Below, one piece after another: positions 44,108 to 54,024 of a stretch of 64,000 nt of DNA. The translations under genes were made by a program, and so were the position numbers. The stretch covers positions 1,254,270 through 1,318,269 of the forward strand of contig AP019861.1 of the NCBI GenBank assembly GCA_013426755.1. Reading direction: 5' to 3'. This stretch comes from Spirochaetota bacterium (lineage in GTDB: Bacteria; Spirochaetota; UBA12135; COTS27). Below the pieces are notes generated by a model. It ran no database searches and was not told the DNA's origin. It saw nothing but the letters and a program-made list of their open reading frames with translations. Positions within the stretch are counted from its first letter, which is position 1. Each line of letters starts with the position of its first letter.

Positions 44108-45646
44108 TTAGCCCCAGTAGTATTGTCTTATTTCTATTTCTATTAGCTGTTTATTTAATTCTTCTAGCATTGCGATAATCTTGTCTGCTTCTGCTTTGGG
44201 GTAGATTCCTGTTATAGCGCCAGAAGGAATAGAATTGTCTTCGGGTTTACTTAAGTTGTCTTCTAGTATTTTTTCGACTTTATTCATTTTCAGTTCAAAG
44301 TGGTTAATTCTAACTTGATTATAGTTTTTTATCTTATCCAACTCGTCCAATGTTGTTGCTGTTGTTTTCTTAAAATCGTCTAATTCATATTTTCTTACTC
44401 CTCCACTGAAGATCGCATTTTGAATGTCGTCTTTTTGATTTCTTTTATCTTTTAATTTTTTAATCGCCGCATCAATATTAAAATCTGTATTATACTTCTG
44501 TTCAGTAAAAGCTCCTCTAAAATCAGTTTTTATTAAATCAGCCCCCTGAAACTGGGCAGAACTTAAATTGGTCATTTGAAGTCCGGCAGAACTTAAATTA
44601 GCCCCTTGAAGTTGGGCTCCTCTTAAACTAGCCCCTTGAAGTTGAGCTTCTCTTAAATTAGCCCCTTGAAGTTGGGTTAAATTTAAATCAGCCCCCTGAA
44701 ACTGGGCAGAACTTAAATCAGCCTCTTGAAGATGAGCATAACTTAAATTGGCTCCTTGAAACTGGGCATATTTTATCTCAGCATTTTGAAGCTGGGCAAG
44801 CCTTAAAACAGCCCCTTGAAGCTGGGCAGACCCTAAAACAGCACCTTGAAACTGGGACAAACTTAAATGAGCCCCTTGAAGCTGGGCTTGATATAAACTA
44901 GCCCTTTGAAGCCGGGCATTCCATAAATTAGCTCCTTGAAGTTGGGCTTTCCATAAATTAGCCCCGTTAAGATAGGCACTTGCTAGGTTTATCCAGTGAC
45001 TCTTAAAAGGAAAGTCTTTCTTGTTTTCTTTGTTTACCAGAAGATCGAGAATGCTCTGTATCTCGTTAGATGGTTTGGTTGCATATTTTTCAGAGTATTT
45101 TATTTCTTTACCATCACTATTTTTACCGACGGCAACTTCGCTAGTTGTAAGTTCTCTTATGTGGACACAGAGTACGTCACAGATATTTTCGCGACGGTCT
45201 TTATTATCTTTCGCTAGATGATACAGTCCGTAAGCGCCTGCTAGACGAATACTTGGATCTTCTTTTCCAAACTGTTCGATCGCGTTTTTATAACGGTCTT
45301 CGATGTTTCCTCTCTCCTGTGCTTTGGCGGTTTCATCTAAAGCTCGTGCTCGCTTAGCACCAGCCATCGCAACAAATAACGCTATCACACCGCCGATCGC
45401 ATACCCTAACCGTACTATGAGTGTTCCAATTTCACAATCTCCATTAGTTTTTCCTAAGGCAGGAGGCCAGCAGTACTCCCAAGAAAGACTAACCATTAAT
45501 AATATAAAGAGAGATAAGAATATAAAAATTATAACAGTTGTAGTTATTGTAGTTGTATAGGGATGTTCATAGTATTCCTGTAATTTACGTAAGCATGACG
45601 TTATTGTCTTACGTAAGAATGATGGTGTTTTTTTTATTGGCTTCAT
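44108..45646 (-). CDS. Membrane-anchored pentapeptide-repeat protein (PRP family member 2)
   Basis: 512 aa with the same architecture as member 1. It shares a ~45-nt string, identical by eye, with member 1 near the 3' end (ttcttctagcattgcgataatcttgtctgcttctgctttggggta). Its ATG (45644-45646) is 2 nt from the glyQS stop codon. Confidence 0.85.
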   Translation of the reverse strand: MKPIKKTPSFLRKTITSCLRKLQEYYEHPYTTTITTTVIIFIFLSLFILLMVSLSWEYCWPPALGKTNGDCEIGTLIVRLGYAIGGVIALFVAMAGAKRARALDETAKAQERGNIEDRYKNAIEQFGKEDPSIRLAGAYGLYHLAKDNKDRRENICDVLCVHIRELTTSEVAVGKNSDGKEIKYSEKYATKPSNEIQSILDLLVNKENKKDFPFKSHWINLASAYLNGANLWKAQLQGANLWNARLQRASLYQAQLQGAHLSLSQFQGAVLGSAQLQGAVLRLAQLQNAEIKYAQFQGANLSYAHLQEADLSSAQFQGADLNLTQLQGANLREAQLQGASLRGAQLQGANLSSAGLQMTNLSSAQFQGADLIKTDFRGAFTEQKYNTDFNIDAAIKKLKDKRNQKDDIQNAIFSGGVRKYELDDFKKTTATTLDELDKIKNYNQVRINHFELKMNKVEKILEDNLSKPEDNSIPSGAITGIYPKAEADKIIAMLEELNKQLIEIEIRQYYWG

Positions 45647-45648
45647 GG

Positions 45649-48600
45649 TTAAGAAAATTGATGCCAGTCGAGGAATTGATCTAATTGAGATTTAATATGA
45701 TCAAGTAAGGTTAGCCGATTGACCTTTAAAGATTGATTCTTATCGTTAACCATAACATTATCAAAAAACTTAGAAGTGCGCTGTTCATAATTGCCAAAAA
45801 GTTCTAAAATGTCATTGAAGGATTTATGAGACGCTTCGTCAGGATTTTTTGATTGTAGAGCCGACCGCTGCAGAAGTGATTGGACCTCCTGGTAATACGC
45901 AAACAGATCGTATTCCGCCCCTTCACCGAGGAGAGTTTCATTGATAGCCAGCCCGAGACCTATACCAACGTCGGTGATTGTCTTTTTTTCACGGGTAAGG
46001 ATATGAGAGATGCGTTTATGGACGGTTAGGATTGCAAGCCATTTTACAGGGCTTTTATTTCTAAAATCAATGATACATCTTAATAAATTAAAAGAATGTA
46101 GCGGATTCCAATCGCAATCGGTCAGAACAGATTTGAGTAATTCAGAAAAAGTCTCGTCCATTGATGGCGGGATTTTTTTAGATTTAAGGTATTCTTTCTT
46201 TAAAGCATTGGGAAGTCGGCTATTGAGGAGGGAGAGCAATTCTTTAAAGAGCTGGTTAGCATTGAGTTTTTTAGGGTGATGTTTCAGATAGGGCTCGTAG
46301 AGGTAGGGATTGGCTGTCCAGAATTTTTTAAACGAGAACGAAGGCCTATAACACTCAGAATCCCCCGTACTAGCATTCTTAACCCAGATGCCACCAAGCA
46401 GTAAATCGGCAATTTCAATGACCGCACGTCTAATCCCCTTAGGGTCTTTACTCCCAGTTACCGGTATACCCACCGCAAAAAGCGGGATAAGGTGCGTCAA
46501 CCGATCCGCTAACGCAAAGAAATAACGAAGCATTGCATCCTGCTCTGGCAGCTCAGAAAGCAACCGATTCGGAGCGACGTATTGGTATTTGATCGCATCT
46601 GTAATTGGGTCTATCTGGTCAGGTTTGAGATTATTCGCATTGTTATGACGCAGGGCATAATCTGTATAGTAAGAACCGATAACACCCTGGAGATGGGGGA
46701 ATTCAGCGACCATTTGTGACGCAATGTCAATCTTAGCGTAGTCACAGAGCGTGGAAATTGTATTGGAATCTGGAATTGAAGCGTAGCCATGGGGTGAATA
46801 GTTTTCGATTAGAGTTTTGAGTACCTGGCGCAGTAGTGAAACCTTGTCTTGGTAAGAGCCGATTCCTTCGTAGTAGGTGATCGTTTGAAGTTTATGGGTC
46901 CTATAAAAAGCTAGGTTTTTAAGATCATTCTCATAGAAGAAGAGACCGTCACGAAGCCGCGCCGTCAAGACTCGCTCATTGCCTGTTTTAACGGTATCAT
47001 TGCTTTCTTTGATATTGCTAGTGATGATAAAGCGAGGAAGTAATTTCTGCGTTTTACGGTCACGGATAGGAAAATATTTCTGGTGTTCGACCAATTCACT
47101 AACAATCACCTCTTCAGGTAAGGTTAGAAATTGTTCTGCAAACTCACCAATGATAATGATTGGGTATTCGATCAATTGCGTTACGACGGGTAATAATTTA
47201 TGGTAGGCTACAAATTCCCAGTCATTGCGTTCGCTTAACCTCGTAAGTTCCGCTTCGATCATGGATTGTCGCTTCATTCTATCAGCAATAACGTAGTGAT
47301 CTGCCAAAATATCTTCCCAATGATTAGGGTTATTGATAGAAATTGATTGTCCTGCGAAGTCATTGCGAATAGTTGTGTTATTTTTATCAGAACCAGGAGT
47401 TAACCACCGATGACCGCGAGTTATCGGTGCATTGGTAATACCCGCGTAGCTGAACTCAATAGGATCATTGTTTAGTAGAATAAGAATATAGGTGATTGGG
47501 CGGATGAATACTTTTTCTGTTTCATCGGACGTGCCCCAGCGCATTGTCTCGCCTAAATTGGACTTTTTAAGCGGCAATTTTTCAAAAATCTGTTGGATTG
47601 CATGTTCAATTGGTTTCAATAATGCTTCATGGGGTGGATTGTTATTGGATTGTTCCAATTGACATAGAAATGCTAGTCTACGCGGCGTACTGAATGCCTT
47701 AGCATTCGAGCAAGTTAATGCATGGTTAACCAATGTTTGCGTGCAGAGTGTATGGAAATTGATTTCAGTTTTCTCAAGTGTTTCATGCGGAAGTTCTTCA
47801 ACGCCAATCTCAATGAGCAGAGAGTTTTTTCGAGCTGGATCGACATTGCGGGGATTGGGTGGAATTGCTGGTGGTGAGAGAGTTTTTGCTGGCTGCGGAG
47901 GGGTTGCATTGAATTTTTCAGAGAACGTCTTGATGTATTTTGTAAGCGGGAAACCAGCGGCTTTGCGTTCACTCAGATAATTTTCAGCAACTTGCTTTGC
48001 CAGGGTGCGGATTCTAGCGATGTACGTATCACGCTCAATAGCAGAAATTGCCGAACGTGCATCGAGGAGATTGAAGAGGTGCGAACACTTGATAACAAGA
48101 TCGTAACTTGGTAGGGCACTGGTTGTTATTGAATCGGTAGGTGAATCTTTTTTATGGGTATGCTGCTGTTTGTCATTGAAATGATGAGCAAGTAGTTCTT
48201 TTGCTTCATTTTCATAGAGAGTGAACAATTGCATAAGCCTTTTTACAGAAGCAAGTTCAAAATTGTACTTCGAGTGCGCCTGTTCATTATGAAGGTAAAT
48301 ATCACCATAAGTAAGGTGATCATTGAATCGAATGTCATAAACCGAGTCAACGCCTTGCAGAAATAACGCCAATCGCTCGAGCCCATAGGTGATCTCACCT
48401 GTCACAAGCGGAACGTCAATGCTAGCAACTTGTTGAAAATAGGTGATTTGTGAGACTTCCATTCCACTAAGCCAGACTTCCCAACCCAGACCTTTTGCCC
48501 CTAAAGTTGGGGATTGCCAATCGTCATGCACAAGCCGTACGTCGTGTTTATGCCCATTTATACCGAGCATTGCTAGGCTTTTGAAATATAATGTGAGAAA

Positions 48601-48885
48601 TTGCCGTGGTACCGGTTTCAGTATAACCTGATATTGAAAGTACCGTTGCAGCCGATTGGGATTTTCTCCATAACGCCCATCCGTCGGTCTTCTAGAAAGT
48701 TGCGTATAGGCAGCACAGTAAGGCTCTGGCCCTAACGAGCGAATAAACGTAGCAGGATGAAATGTTCCCGCCCCCACTTCGCCATCGTAACTGTGGTGTA
48801 GCACACACCCTTGTTCTTTCCAGAAATCATTTAACTTTAAGATAATATCTTGAAACGTGAGCATAGAAAATTCACCGCCAAACAA
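45649..48885 (-). CDS. glyQS: Glycine--tRNA ligase, fused alpha and beta subunits (GlyQS)
   Basis: The alpha-subunit part is [19 protein letters not shown] ... [25 protein letters not shown] ... [33 protein letters not shown] Pro-rich linker follows ([19 protein letters not shown]). The beta subunit then begins [11 protein letters not shown]. The track start at 48885 is TTG, and the ATG at 48864 (MLTFQDII) is the likelier start. Confidence 0.9.
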   Translation of the reverse strand: MFGGEFSMLTFQDIILKLNDFWKEQGCVLHHSYDGEVGAGTFHPATFIRSLGPEPYCAAYTQLSRRPTDGRYGENPNRLQRYFQYQVILKPVPRQFLTLYFKSLAMLGINGHKHDVRLVHDDWQSPTLGAKGLGWEVWLSGMEVSQITYFQQVASIDVPLVTGEITYGLERLALFLQGVDSVYDIRFNDHLTYGDIYLHNEQAHSKYNFELASVKRLMQLFTLYENEAKELLAHHFNDKQQHTHKKDSPTDSITTSALPSYDLVIKCSHLFNLLDARSAISAIERDTYIARIRTLAKQVAENYLSERKAAGFPLTKYIKTFSEKFNATPPQPAKTLSPPAIPPNPRNVDPARKNSLLIEIGVEELPHETLEKTEINFHTLCTQTLVNHALTCSNAKAFSTPRRLAFLCQLEQSNNNPPHEALLKPIEHAIQQIFEKLPLKKSNLGETMRWGTSDETEKVFIRPITYILILLNNDPIEFSYAGITNAPITRGHRWLTPGSDKNNTTIRNDFAGQSISINNPNHWEDILADHYVIADRMKRQSMIEAELTRLSERNDWEFVAYHKLLPVVTQLIEYPIIIIGEFAEQFLTLPEEVIVSELVEHQKYFPIRDRKTQKLLPRFIITSNIKESNDTVKTGNERVLTARLRDGLFFYENDLKNLAFYRTHKLQTITYYEGIGSYQDKVSLLRQVLKTLIENYSPHGYASIPDSNTISTLCDYAKIDIASQMVAEFPHLQGVIGSYYTDYALRHNNANNLKPDQIDPITDAIKYQYVAPNRLLSELPEQDAMLRYFFALADRLTHLIPLFAVGIPVTGSKDPKGIRRAVIEIADLLLGGIWVKNASTGDSECYRPSFSFKKFWTANPYLYEPYLKHHPKKLNANQLFKELLSLLNSRLPNALKKEYLKSKKIPPSMDETFSELLKSVLTDCDWNPLHSFNLLRCIIDFRNKSPVKWLAILTVHKRISHILTREKKTITDVGIGLGLAINETLLGEGAEYDLFAYYQEVQSLLQRSALQSKNPDEASHKSFNDILELFGNYEQRTSKFFDNVMVNDKNQSLKVNRLTLLDHIKSQLDQFLDWHQFS

Positions 48886-48921
48886 TAAGAAGAATTGTTA
48901 GAATTGCTAAAATTGTTCTCC

Positions 48922-48951
48922 TAGGACGTGCTCAATTCAATTCACGTCCTA
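48922..48951 (-). terminator. Hairpin between accA and glyQS (putative terminator or attenuator)
   Basis: A perfect 9-bp stem pairs taggacgtg (48922-48930) with cacgtccta (48943-48951), with a 12-nt loop. It lies 80 nt downstream of the accA stop. On the transcript it is followed by gagaacaattttagc, which is only weakly U-rich. Confidence 0.35.
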
Positions 48952-49030
48952 AGTCAATACCCCACAGAACCACAACAAAAAAACAACTCACATAGCCAAT
49001 ACAGACCACTATCCACACACGTACACCGTG

Positions 49031-50029
49031 TTAAGAAGCTTTGTTAAGAATGCCAATATTAGCAAATTTCTCAATCCGATGTGAAATAAGCTTTTCTGGT
49101 GCATAAGTAGAAAATACACCCAGACTCTTGGATAACGCCGCCTTAATATGCGAACTAGTCATAGTAAGACCGCGATGTGCCCCACCCGGCGCTTCTTTAA
49201 TGATTTCATCGACAACTTTAAGGCTTTTGCCCGTAAACGCATCATTTTTAAGCGCCATTGCCGCGTCACGTTTGTACCCTTCGTCCTTCCATAATATAGC
49301 CGCACAAGACTCAGGCGATATCACCGAATAGATAGAATTCTCTAACATCATCAGATGATTGCAGACCGACAAAGCAAGCGCACCACCACTCCCGCCTTCG
49401 CCAATCACAACAGACACAATAGGAACACGCAATGTAAACATTTCTTGCAAGTTCTTAGCAATAGCCTCAGCCTGCCCACGCTCCTCAGCCCCAATCCCAG
49501 GATACGCCCCCGGCGTATCAATAAACGTAACAATAGGCTTATTGAATTTATCAGCCAAACGAAACAATTTTAACGCCTTCCGATAACCCTCTGGGTGCGG
49601 CATACCAAAATTACGCTTAATATTCTCTTCCGTAGACCTCCCCTTCTGCTGCCCAACAATAACCACACTCCGCCCCTCCAATGAAGCAATCCCTCCAATA
49701 ACAGACCGATCATCACCAAAAAGCCGATCCCCCGAAAACTCTTGAAAATCATCAAAAATATGACTCAAGTAATCCAATGTATACGGACGCTGCGGGTGCC
49801 GTGCCACTTGTGTACGCTGCCAATTGTCAAGCTTTTTGTAGAGCGACTTAGCTTTTGTTTGAAATTCCAGCTCAAACTCTTTCAGTTTTTCAAGGTCTTT
49901 ATCAGAAGCAGACTTTTTTTGCATAATTGCAGTCATTTTCTTATGCAAGAGACCCAAGTCTTTTTTTTCAAACTCTAACAGGTCAGGGAAACTTTCCGAA
50001 GTAACCGTTCCAGTATTCATGATTTTCAA
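49031..50029 (-). CDS. accA: Acetyl-CoA carboxylase carboxyltransferase alpha subunit
   Basis: 332 aa. ARHPQRPYTLDYLSHIFDDFQEFSGDR...RNFGMPHPEGYRKALKLFRLADKFNKPIVTFIDTPGAYPGIGAEERGQAEAIAKNL is nearly colinear with E. coli AccA. Confidence 0.95.
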   Translation of the reverse strand: MKIMNTGTVTSESFPDLLEFEKKDLGLLHKKMTAIMQKKSASDKDLEKLKEFELEFQTKAKSLYKKLDNWQRTQVARHPQRPYTLDYLSHIFDDFQEFSGDRLFGDDRSVIGGIASLEGRSVVIVGQQKGRSTEENIKRNFGMPHPEGYRKALKLFRLADKFNKPIVTFIDTPGAYPGIGAEERGQAEAIAKNLQEMFTLRVPIVSVVIGEGGSGGALALSVCNHLMMLENSIYSVISPESCAAILWKDEGYKRDAAMALKNDAFTGKSLKVVDEIIKEAPGGAHRGLTMTSSHIKAALSKSLGVFSTYAPEKLISHRIEKFANIGILNKAS

Positions 50030-50072
50030 TGCCCAAACAAAATTATAAAAGTATACTCAGAATTACACTCAA

Positions 50073-50200
50073 TTTCAATACATTTTCATTTAATTACCTG
50101 TGCTCTCGCTTTCAATACATTTTCATTGAACTACTTATGCTTTCAATACATTTTCATTTAATTACTTGTACTCTCGCTTTCAATACATTTTCATTTATAT
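50073..50200. repeat. Intergenic tandem repeat, 31-38-bp unit x4
   Basis: ttcaatacattttcatt occurs at 50073, 50111, 50142 and 50179. Confidence 0.85.
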
Positions 50201-50224
50201 TGCATTTATATCGCCTTCATTCAT

Positions 50225-50297
50225 ACAGTCAAATACAATCAAATAGAATCGAGTACCATCAAATAGAGTCAAATACAATCAAATACAGTCAAAGTAC
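50225..50297. repeat. 10-bp repeat x~7
   Basis: The units run aaatacaatc, aaatagaatc, gagtaccatc, aaatagagtc, aaatacaatc, aaatacagtc. Confidence 0.8.
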
Positions 50298-50310
50298 TAC
50301 TGTACAGTCT

Positions 50311-50404
50311 TCTCAATCATATTAAATCTCAATCATCTTAAATCTCAATCATTCTAAATCTCAATCATCTTAAATCTCAATCAGTCTAAATCTCAATCAT
50401 CTTA
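50311..50404. repeat. 16-bp repeat x~6
   Basis: The units are aaatctcaatcatctt, aaatctcaatcattct and aaatctcaatcagtct. Confidence 0.9.
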
Positions 50405-50434
50405 ATAATATTGTACTATCATCTTAAAAACTTA

Positions 50435-50535
50435 TTCACATATTATAATACATTCACATATTATAGCAGTTTATAATACATTCATATATTATAGCAGTTT
50501 ATAATATATTCACATATTACAGCAGTTTATAAGCC
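50435..50535. repeat. 28-bp repeat x~3.5
   Basis: The unit is attcacatattatagcagtttataatac. The first copy contains ttattcaca (50432-50440), which matches the DnaA-box consensus TTATNCACA. Confidence 0.85.
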
Positions 50536-50950
50536 TTACCACCCATTCTCCGCAGAGTTTTCGCAGAATTCTAAACAATAGTGTACTCTTAACAACTCAT
50601 ATCATAATCAAGTGCCCATAATCAATAGGCTATATATACAACATAAATCGTATAATTCATGAATATTGTAAACCAGTTAATCATAAAATTTGTTATTTTT
50701 ATCGGCACAAATTGTTATTTTTATCGACACAATATCAAAATTATAGGGGTTATGATGATATAATATACACATGCATTGAATATACACATGCATTGAGTAT
50801 ACAGACACATTGAATAGGCACACACATTTGAAATAACCCTAATTGCTATAAATAGCACAAAAATATCAAAAAGTATATAAAATATCAGGAATATATAACA
50901 TATATACAATATCAATTTTTACACACCATTATTAACAATTATTAATATCC

Positions 50951-51220
50951 AATCACATTGAATATCAATCACATTGAATATTAATCGCACTGAATATCAA
51001 TCACATTGAGTATTAATCGCACTGAATATTAATCGCATTGAATATTAATCACATTGAATATTAATCACATTGAATAATAATCGCATTGAATAATAATCGC
51101 ATTGAATAATAATCGCATTCAACATTGACATCACATTCAACATTGATATTACATTCAACATTGATATTAAATAGTAAGTAGTAAATAGTAAGTAATAATA
51201 ATAGTAAGTAATAATAATAT
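50951..51220. repeat. Composite arrays filling the 270 bp upstream of rpsU: 16-bp x~10, 18-bp x3, then agtaagta-type units
   Basis: The 16-bp unit aatcacattgaatatt / aatcgcattgaataat runs 50951-51116. The 18-bp unit attcaacattgatattac runs 51117-51170. The tract agtaagtagtaaatagtaagtaataataat... then runs up to the ATG at 51222. Confidence 0.9.
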
Positions 51221-51221
51221 T

Positions 51222-51443
51222 ATGGCAGTCGTATATATTAGAGAAAGTGAGAACATTGAGGGTTCTATCAGAAGATTTAAAAAAGAAGTCGATAAAGAGC
51301 GCATCATCAAAGAACTTAAAGAAAGACGCTTTTATAAAAAACCAGCGCTCGTTAAAAAAATTGAAGCCACACGCCTAGAAAAACGCATTCGTAGAAATAA
51401 GCGATTCACACGTTACATCATCAATCGCCGCCCCACTTACTGA
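51222..51443 (+). CDS. rpsU: 30S ribosomal protein S21
   Basis: 73 aa and basic. IRRFKKEVDKERIIKELKERRFYKKPA..KK matches the S21 pattern (ALRRFKR..EK.G...E.R.R.FYEKP). Confidence 0.9.
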   Translation: MAVVYIRESENIEGSIRRFKKEVDKERIIKELKERRFYKKPALVKKIEATRLEKRIRRNKRFTRYIINRRPTY

Positions 51444-51748
51444 TTGCTCCCCCCTAGCCTAGCCGCTTCTTGCCCCCTCCCAAGTGATCCTCACCCTCTC
51501 AGTAGTATCACTTATTCATTCATAATAAGACCTCTGCTCTTATGTGATATGGCTAGTAGATCAAATTGATTTCAACAATTGCAAATTGGATTTTCTATTC
51601 ATTATCGCCAGTGCTTATCATTATCGTATAACGTCTTATTCAATTGTTACCCATTCGATCTCAATCTTATCATTCAATTTTTACCATTCACTAATTCACA
51701 CATTCAATCTTATTATCCTATTATTTAATTATTTAGTACCGAGTACCT

Positions 51749-52282
51749 ATGAATCTATGGCATGACTTACCCTTAAGCAAAAAATTTCCTGCAGAATTTC
51801 CAGTCATCATTGAAATCTCTAAAGGCTCCAACGTCAAATACGAACTCCATAAAGATACAGGCCTCATCGCTGTCGATAGAATCCTTCACAGCGCTATGCA
51901 TTATCCTCTCAATTATGGCTTCACGCCACGTACCTATTGTAAAGATAATGACCCTATCGATGTTCTGCTAATGGGCGAATATGCCTTGATGCCAGGCTCA
52001 TTCATTCAAGCACGTGCCATTGGGTATATAGAAATGATTGACGACGGCGAAGAAGACCATAAACTTATTGCAATTCCAGTCAGCGATCCAGAACTCGCTC
52101 ACATTGACGACATCTCGAAAGTAAGCCCTCATCTCATTGAAAAAATTAAAAACTTCTTTGCCACCTACAAAATAATGCAGAAAAAAGACGTCGTCATCAA
52201 CAACCATTATTCACGCGAAAAGGCACTCGCACTTCTTACCACCGCCGCCGACAGCTATCTCAAAAAATTTCCCAACCACTAG
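51749..52282 (+). CDS. ppa: Inorganic pyrophosphatase (family I)
   Basis: 177 aa. The motifs VIIEISKGSNVKYELHKDTGLIAVDRIL, YPLNYGFTPRT, DNDPIDVLL and DHKLIAIPVSDP are the classic soluble PPase motifs. Confidence 0.95.
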   Translation: MNLWHDLPLSKKFPAEFPVIIEISKGSNVKYELHKDTGLIAVDRILHSAMHYPLNYGFTPRTYCKDNDPIDVLLMGEYALMPGSFIQARAIGYIEMIDDGEEDHKLIAIPVSDPELAHIDDISKVSPHLIEKIKNFFATYKIMQKKDVVINNHYSREKALALLTTAADSYLKKFPNH

Positions 52283-52320
52283 CCGCCCACCATCCCTAAA
52301 AAAATCTATGGTCGAATATT

Positions 52321-53940
52321 ATGCATTCAGAACCTAAGATTTCATCCTCTGAAAAGAATTCATTTCTGAAAAGAGTTCGTGATTGGGGTAAAGAGAAGTG
52401 GCGTGTTATAGATTGGGGTAAGATTTTTACAGTTATCCCATCTGGTATATTATTTGTTTTAGTTATAATTTTAGTTATAACTATTTATTTCATTGATGCG
52501 CCTTCAAATAAAGAAGTCATGTGTCATGTATTATTAAGAAATTTAGGAATAGCAAACGATAAGAACTGTGATATTGGACTAGCCATAGAACGCTTAGGTA
52601 TCGCGATTGGTGGTATCATAGCATTACTAGTCGCACTCGCTAGTTTCCAGCGAGCAAAAGCTTTAGATGATACCGCTAAAGCACAGGAACAAGGAAACAT
52701 CGAAGACCGCTATAAAAACGCAATCACACAGTTTGGAAATGCCAATTCAAGTGTTCGTCTGGCGGGAGCTTATGGGCTCTATCATTTAGCCATAGATAAC
52801 GAAAAGCGTCGTAAAAATATCTGTGACGTGCTCTGTGTTCATATAAGAGACCTTACGACTAGTGGGCGGCCTATTTTTAACGAGAAAAAAGACCTTGCGA
52901 CTACTGTGGGACATATTTGTGATGAGAAAAGTTACTCTGAAAAATATGAAAATAAACCCTCTAACGAGGTGCAGAGCATTCTCGATCTTCTAACAAACAA
53001 AAGCAACGAGAAAAATTTTCCTTTTAAGAGCCACTGGATAAACCTAGCAAACTCCTATCTTAACGGGGCTAATTTAGATTATGCCTGGCTTAAAGGGGCT
53101 GATTTAGAAGGAGTCCAATTTCAAGGGGTTATTTTACGACAAGCTCAGCTTCAAGGGACTAATTTAAAAAAGGCCCAGCTTCAAGGGGCTGTTTTATCAG
53201 AAGCTCAGCTTCAAGGGGCTAATTTATCAGAAGCTCAGCTTCAAGCGGCTAATTTATTCAGTGCCGAACTTCAAGGGGCTATTTTATCAGAAGCTCAGCT
53301 TCAAGGGACTAATTTAAAAAAAGCCCAACTTCAAGGGGCTTTTTTGCCAAAAGCTCAACTTCAAGCTGCTAATTTAAAGGAAGCCTGGCTTCAAGCGACT
53401 ATTTTATGGAAAGCCGAACTTCAAGGGGCTTTTTTACCAAAAGCTCAACTTCAAGCGGCTAATTTATTCAGTGCCGAACTTCAAGGGGCTATTTTAGAAG
53501 AAACAAATTTTAGCGGAGTTTTTACTGAAGAAGATATTGAAAAATATTTTTACATTGATATTGCGATTAAGCAATTAAAAGATAGAACAAATAAAGAAGC
53601 CTACATTGAAAACGCGATCTTCAGTGGAAGTGCAGCATTCAATGGAAGTGCAGCAAGAAAAAAATCAATGGAAATAAAATTAAAAAATCTCCAGAAAGTA
53701 ATAACAGAAACAGTAAAAAAGTTGAGTAAGATAATAGATTATCCTAAATATATGATTCAAGATTTTGTTGCTGATATGAATAATGCATATTATATTATAC
53801 AATCAAATATGAATGATGCCCCAGATTCTGATTTTCCTAAAGAATACGCTGCTAATATTAAGGATGGAAATTACCCCGAAGCGGAAGCAAGAAAAGTTAT
53901 CGAGATGCTAGAAAGAGTTAAAAAAGAGTTTAAGGAATAA
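52321..53940 (+). CDS. Membrane-anchored pentapeptide-repeat protein (PRP family member 3)
   Basis: 539 aa. It has TM helices and the conserved N-domain (QGNIEDRYKNAITQFGNANSSVRLAGAYGLYHLAIDN..RRKNICDVLCVHIRDLTTS ... KPSNEVQSILDLLTNK..EKNFPFKSHWINLANSYL). Pentapeptide repeats follow, then a C-domain ending YPEAEARKVIEMLERVKKEF. Confidence 0.85.
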   Translation: MHSEPKISSSEKNSFLKRVRDWGKEKWRVIDWGKIFTVIPSGILFVLVIILVITIYFIDAPSNKEVMCHVLLRNLGIANDKNCDIGLAIERLGIAIGGIIALLVALASFQRAKALDDTAKAQEQGNIEDRYKNAITQFGNANSSVRLAGAYGLYHLAIDNEKRRKNICDVLCVHIRDLTTSGRPIFNEKKDLATTVGHICDEKSYSEKYENKPSNEVQSILDLLTNKSNEKNFPFKSHWINLANSYLNGANLDYAWLKGADLEGVQFQGVILRQAQLQGTNLKKAQLQGAVLSEAQLQGANLSEAQLQAANLFSAELQGAILSEAQLQGTNLKKAQLQGAFLPKAQLQAANLKEAWLQATILWKAELQGAFLPKAQLQAANLFSAELQGAILEETNFSGVFTEEDIEKYFYIDIAIKQLKDRTNKEAYIENAIFSGSAAFNGSAARKKSMEIKLKNLQKVITETVKKLSKIIDYPKYMIQDFVADMNNAYYIIQSNMNDAPDSDFPKEYAANIKDGNYPEAEARKVIEMLERVKKEFKE

Positions 53941-54024
53941 GACGATCTATTTAAGAAGTTATGAGTATTAAATAGAATTTAGAAACTACAATTTCATTCT
54001 CTGAAGAGAGTTGGTAATGGATTT

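Noticed and set aside
49009-49017. An isolated DnaA-box-like 9-mer, ctatccaca, near the accA 3' end.
   Set aside because: It is a single 8/9 match, which is expected by chance. It was considered only as context for the accA-rpsU spacer finding.
48886-49030. A T-box or other riboswitch leader upstream of glyQS.
   Set aside because: - The spacer is only 145 nt and shows a single short hairpin.
- No specifier-loop or antiterminator arrangement, or T-box conserved sequence, is recognisable.
50029-51765. ORFs 50029-50325, 50721-50915 and 51544-51765.
   Set aside because: - They lie in repeat-rich AT-rich spacers or overlap the ppa start.
- They have hydrophobic low-complexity translations, with no motifs and no conserved context.
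53947-53975. An 8-bp AT-only inverted repeat (ctatttaa / ttaaatag) after PRP gene 52321-53940, as a possible terminator.
   Set aside because: The stem is all A/T with a 13-nt loop and no following T-run. It is too weak to call.
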